DNA from: a virus
Strand: one strand, 5' to 3'
Virus record (IMG/VR): IMGVR_UViG_3300045988_175656
DNA length: 64,000 bases
Shown: piece after piece, positions 61,490 to 64,000 of the stretch
How positions within the stretch are numbered: the stretch's first letter is position 1
Layout: every line of letters begins with the position of its first letter
The notes under the pieces: generated by a model
Databases searched by the model: none
Told to the model about the DNA's origin: nothing
What the model saw: only the letters and a program-made list of their open reading frames with translations
Program-made: the position numbers and the translations under genes

Positions 61490-62098
61490 TTATATTTTTA
61501 CTTTATAAAACTTTGAAAGATAATCATCAAGTCTTAAATGATGACTAAATGCCCATTTATGCGAATAAAACCAATCAAAATCAGATGTTAATGTTTTACG
61601 TTTATCTTTTTTAAAGATTTTTTCCCACCATTTTAGACCTGTAATTTTTCCAATATACATCCAATTAACAAGTTCAATTTCATCTTTTTCGCCACCAATA
61701 GCTTTCTCCAAAGAAAAATCTTCTTTGTCATCTGCAAAATAACCAAAATGTGCACTAACATTTTGTCTATTTTCTGCTGGGTCAGAATTAACTTTCAACA
61801 ATATAAGTTTTTTCTTATCACCAATAAAGCCTGTTTCTTCTTTTAATTCTCTAAGAACAGCATCTTCCAAAGTTTCATTAAAATCAAGATAGCCACATGG
61901 TACACAGAAATGACCAACATAATCTGCTGCGCCTTTTCCACGTTTTTCAGTTAACACAAATAGTTTGCCATCAACCTCTTTAAACACATACCCAACTACC
62001 GCCATTGCACGAGAAATCCAATAAATTTTACCTTCAACTTTAACTGGAAAATTTTGGTTTTCTGACAATGTTTTTTCAATTCTTGTTCCTTCTTTCAT
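61490..62098 (-). CDS. Nudix hydrolase
   Basis: Nudix box GYLDFNETLEDAVLRELKEETGF (GX5EX7REUXEEXGU). Confidence 0.85.
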   Translation of the reverse strand: MKEGTRIEKTLSENQNFPVKVEGKIYWISRAMAVVGYVFKEVDGKLFVLTEKRGKGAADYVGHFCVPCGYLDFNETLEDAVLRELKEETGFIGDKKKLILLKVNSDPAENRQNVSAHFGYFADDKEDFSLEKAIGGEKDEIELVNWMYIGKITGLKWWEKIFKKDKRKTLTSDFDWFYSHKWAFSHHLRLDDYLSKFYKVKI

Positions 62099-62099
62099 G

Positions 62100-62222
62100 T
62101 TAATATTTATTAATTAATGTTTCTAATATTTCAAACCAATAGCATTTATTAGTTTTTTCATCCATTATCAGAAATGGCATCATTCCAATAACAGTTATTA
62201 CCATAATAATTGTGATAAGCAT
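62100..62222 (-). CDS. small membrane protein (40 aa)
   Basis: Own translation MLITIIMVITVIGMMPFLIMDEKTNKCYWFEILETLINKY. Fills the gap between the channel and Nudix genes. Confidence 0.3.
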   Translation of the reverse strand: MLITIIMVITVIGMMPFLIMDEKTNKCYWFEILETLINKY

Positions 62223-62235
62223 CCATAAAGCAATA

Positions 62236-63039
62236 CTAATCGTTATTCCCAAACTTCTCATTTTGCTTTTTAATCATTTCTTTTAATTCTTGTAATTCTT
62301 TCATTACATTGTCATTATTATCAACAGCTAATTCATCTGTAAATGACGATGTAACAAAACTCATGCCAAACATGCCACCAATCAACACTATCAAACAAAA
62401 TGCAATTTTACTAATTGTTCCTATTAGTGGCGATGTGTTGTCAGCAATTGCGTTAGGTATATCATACCACCCTTCAATTGTAAACATTCTAAATACAGTA
62501 TATATGGATTCAATTGGATTACCAAAATATTCAGGAGCAATTTTAGAATATAAACTTGATAATATAATTGATATAATAAATATTAGTATGAATATTCCAA
62601 CAATTACACCAATACTAGCTCTAAACGCAATTTTAAGATTCAATAATAATCTTTCATAATTCGGTATTGCTCTGAATAATCTTGTACATTTAAAAATCCT
62701 AACTGTTCTTAATACCAAGAGATAATCCATTCTTTCTAAATAAGAACCAAAAAACAATGGTAATAAACTAATAACAACCAATATAAAATCAAATGTGTTT
62801 ATATGTTTTTTAAAAAACCGTTTTCCATATATTTTTACTTTAATAGCAATTTCGATTCCAAATATTATTGTTAAAATCAAATCAATAGTAACCATTCTAT
62901 CGTGTAACCACAATGGAATACTACTGAATGCCAATAAAAATGTAACAAAACAGTTAATAACTATTAACCATGTTATATTATTATCATTCAGAAAAAACGA
63001 ATATATATTCTTTATTATTTTTAGTTTCATATTTGTCAT
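62236..63039 (-). CDS. voltage-gated cation channel, NaChBac/BacNav family
   Basis: S4 LRTVRIFKCTRLFR (basic residue every third position). Pore APEYFGNPIESIYTVFRMFTIEGWYD compares with NaChBac SPEYFGNLQLSLLTLFQVVTLESWAS. IDLILTIIFGIEIAIKV and NTFDFILVV also match. C-terminal coiled coil. Confidence 0.85.
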   Translation of the reverse strand: MTNMKLKIIKNIYSFFLNDNNITWLIVINCFVTFLLAFSSIPLWLHDRMVTIDLILTIIFGIEIAIKVKIYGKRFFKKHINTFDFILVVISLLPLFFGSYLERMDYLLVLRTVRIFKCTRLFRAIPNYERLLLNLKIAFRASIGVIVGIFILIFIISIILSSLYSKIAPEYFGNPIESIYTVFRMFTIEGWYDIPNAIADNTSPLIGTISKIAFCLIVLIGGMFGMSFVTSSFTDELAVDNNDNVMKELQELKEMIKKQNEKFGNND

Positions 63040-63052
63040 TATTAAAACAATG

Positions 63053-63060
63053 CAAATATA
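63053..63060 (-). promoter_or_regulatory. -7 box TAtaTTTG (class II)
   Basis: Minus strand reads TATATTTGCAttg, 14 nt upstream of the channel ATG. Confidence 0.5.
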
Positions 63061-63103
63061 ATACTAATTTCTATAAAACCAAAAAATTAATATCTAATAA
63101 ATG

Positions 63104-64000
63104 TTAATCCATAAACATTTTAAGATTTTCAACAATATATGGATTATATAATTCAATATCAGGCATTTCTTCTTTTGTTCTTGTCACGCCATATAATGTA
63201 GTGTGTATAATATCATATAAATGTTGATTATTACTATGATAATGAATGAAACCATTTGTCTTATCAATAGCTCCATATTCCAAAAGAATACCTGCTGCCA
63301 TAGCAGTCTTACACTTTTCCGTAGTAAAAGCATAATTAAAACCCATAAATATACGACTATCCCCCATAATTGGGTTTTCAATCGCATCAAGACATGGAGA
63401 TAAACCTAAAACCTTGACCATTTCAATTCTCCAATATTCTCTTAACTTATTTATTTCCATATCATTGATTATAATTCTATTATAATCAAAATCATACCAT
63501 TTTAATCCTGTTTCAGAATCATGGTTTGAAATATTCATATTAGTTGGTCTTAGTATGAAATAAACATCCGCACCAAGTTCTTCCAATGCTTTCTTTTCGT
63601 TTGGAAAACGGCAATCATCAACAATTATTATTTTATCAGTTGATTGGTATTCTTTAATTTCGTTAACTAATGTATCAACATGCCAATTAGGTTCAAATTT
63701 TCTAATAAGATTAGTTCCAATTATTTGAAGCATCATTCTAACTGATGTAAAAGTTGTACCATTAATTATTTCTCTTATTGATTTTTCATCAATATTTGTT
63801 CTTTTATTGATTATTCTAATCCACCTTATATCAGGAACTATTGAAAACTTATTAGGAATATTCTTTATTTCATTTAATTCATCATATGTTATGTTTAACA
63901 GTTCAGCACATAAGTTCTTCAACGCATTACCAAAACTAAAAACACTTACATTTTCAAAATTTTCTATACATACAGAAGCTAACTCTGATTTTCCAGACTG
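63104..64000 (-). CDS. P-loop protein (possibly dNMP-kinase-like), 5' end beyond window
   Basis: The ORF track start at 63922 is a TTG. The frame stays open to nt 64000 and reads QSGKSELASVCIENF..., the tail of a Walker A motif. Confidence 0.6.
   Translation of the reverse strand, partial: QSGKSELASVCIENFENVSVFSFGNALKNLCAELLNITYDELNEIKNIPNKFSIVPDIRWIRIINKRTNIDEKSIREIINGTTFTSVRMMLQIIGTNLIRKFEPNWHVDTLVNEIKEYQSTDKIIIVDDCRFPNEKKALEELGADVYFILRPTNMNISNHDSETGLKWYDFDYNRIIINDMEINKLREYWRIEMVKVLGLSPCLDAIENPIMGDSRIFMGFNYAFTTEKCKTAMAAGILLEYGAIDKTNGFIHYHSNNQHLYDIIHTTLYGVTRTKEEMPDIELYNPYIVENLKMFMD

Noticed and set aside
1-64000. Prophage or integrated-element interpretation
   Set aside because: I recognised no integrase, att-like direct repeats, repressor/Cro pair or flanking host genes. 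The window looks like contiguous phage DNA, so I make no lysogeny claim.

Overview
This window is a very AT-rich 64-kb stretch of a tailed dsDNA phage genome. I recognised no host housekeeping genes, integrase, capsid, portal, terminase or DNA polymerase in it. Promoters have TTTG at -33 and TAnnTTTG at -7, genes lack Shine-Dalgarno sequences, and starts sit in an A-rich AGTTATG context. Together these point to a Bacteroidota host.

Layout:
- (i) 1-22.5 kb: two divergent arms of about 45 small, mostly orphan early-type genes (minus strand to 9.8 kb, plus strand from 10.3 kb). Most have their own promoter, a terminator hairpin embedded in the next promoter, and a near-identical 5' leader. This region also holds tRNA-Leu(CAA), a radical-SAM enzyme and a ParB/Srx-fold protein.
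- (ii) 22.5-28.8 kb: a GC-rich hairpin island, an HNH-AP2 homing endonuclease and miscellaneous small genes.
- (iii) 29-40 kb: a fibre/adhesin module. It includes an octad-repeat fibre with a C-terminal S74-type chaperone and a 1201-aa BACON-like repeat protein.
- (iv) 40-54.4 kb, minus strand: a nucleotide/DNA metabolism module. It holds a UvrD-type helicase split by two LAGLIDADG inteins, an RNA-ligase-like enzyme, a CoaD-like enzyme, ThyA with insertions, a P-loop kinase and NAD-dependent LigA.
- (v) 54.5-64 kb: a ClpA/C-like unfoldase, an SLT lysozyme, a third fibre, a Nudix hydrolase, a NaChBac-type voltage-gated channel and a partial P-loop gene.

Most noteworthy observations:
- A 12-copy promoter-coupled element with an invariant ARAGTATAGTCTCC core, followed exactly 20 nt later by GTTAA in 11 of 12 copies. 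It may be an sRNA gene family or a protein-binding array.
- Three exact chromosomal-type parS sites (TGTTNCACGTGAAACA) in the early region.
- An ORF-free promoter-to-terminator unit of about 420 nt.
- The phage-borne BacNav channel.
- The ClpA-like unfoldase, which carries a ClpP-docking-type loop.

All protein family calls rest on motifs I recognised by eye. No database search was run.
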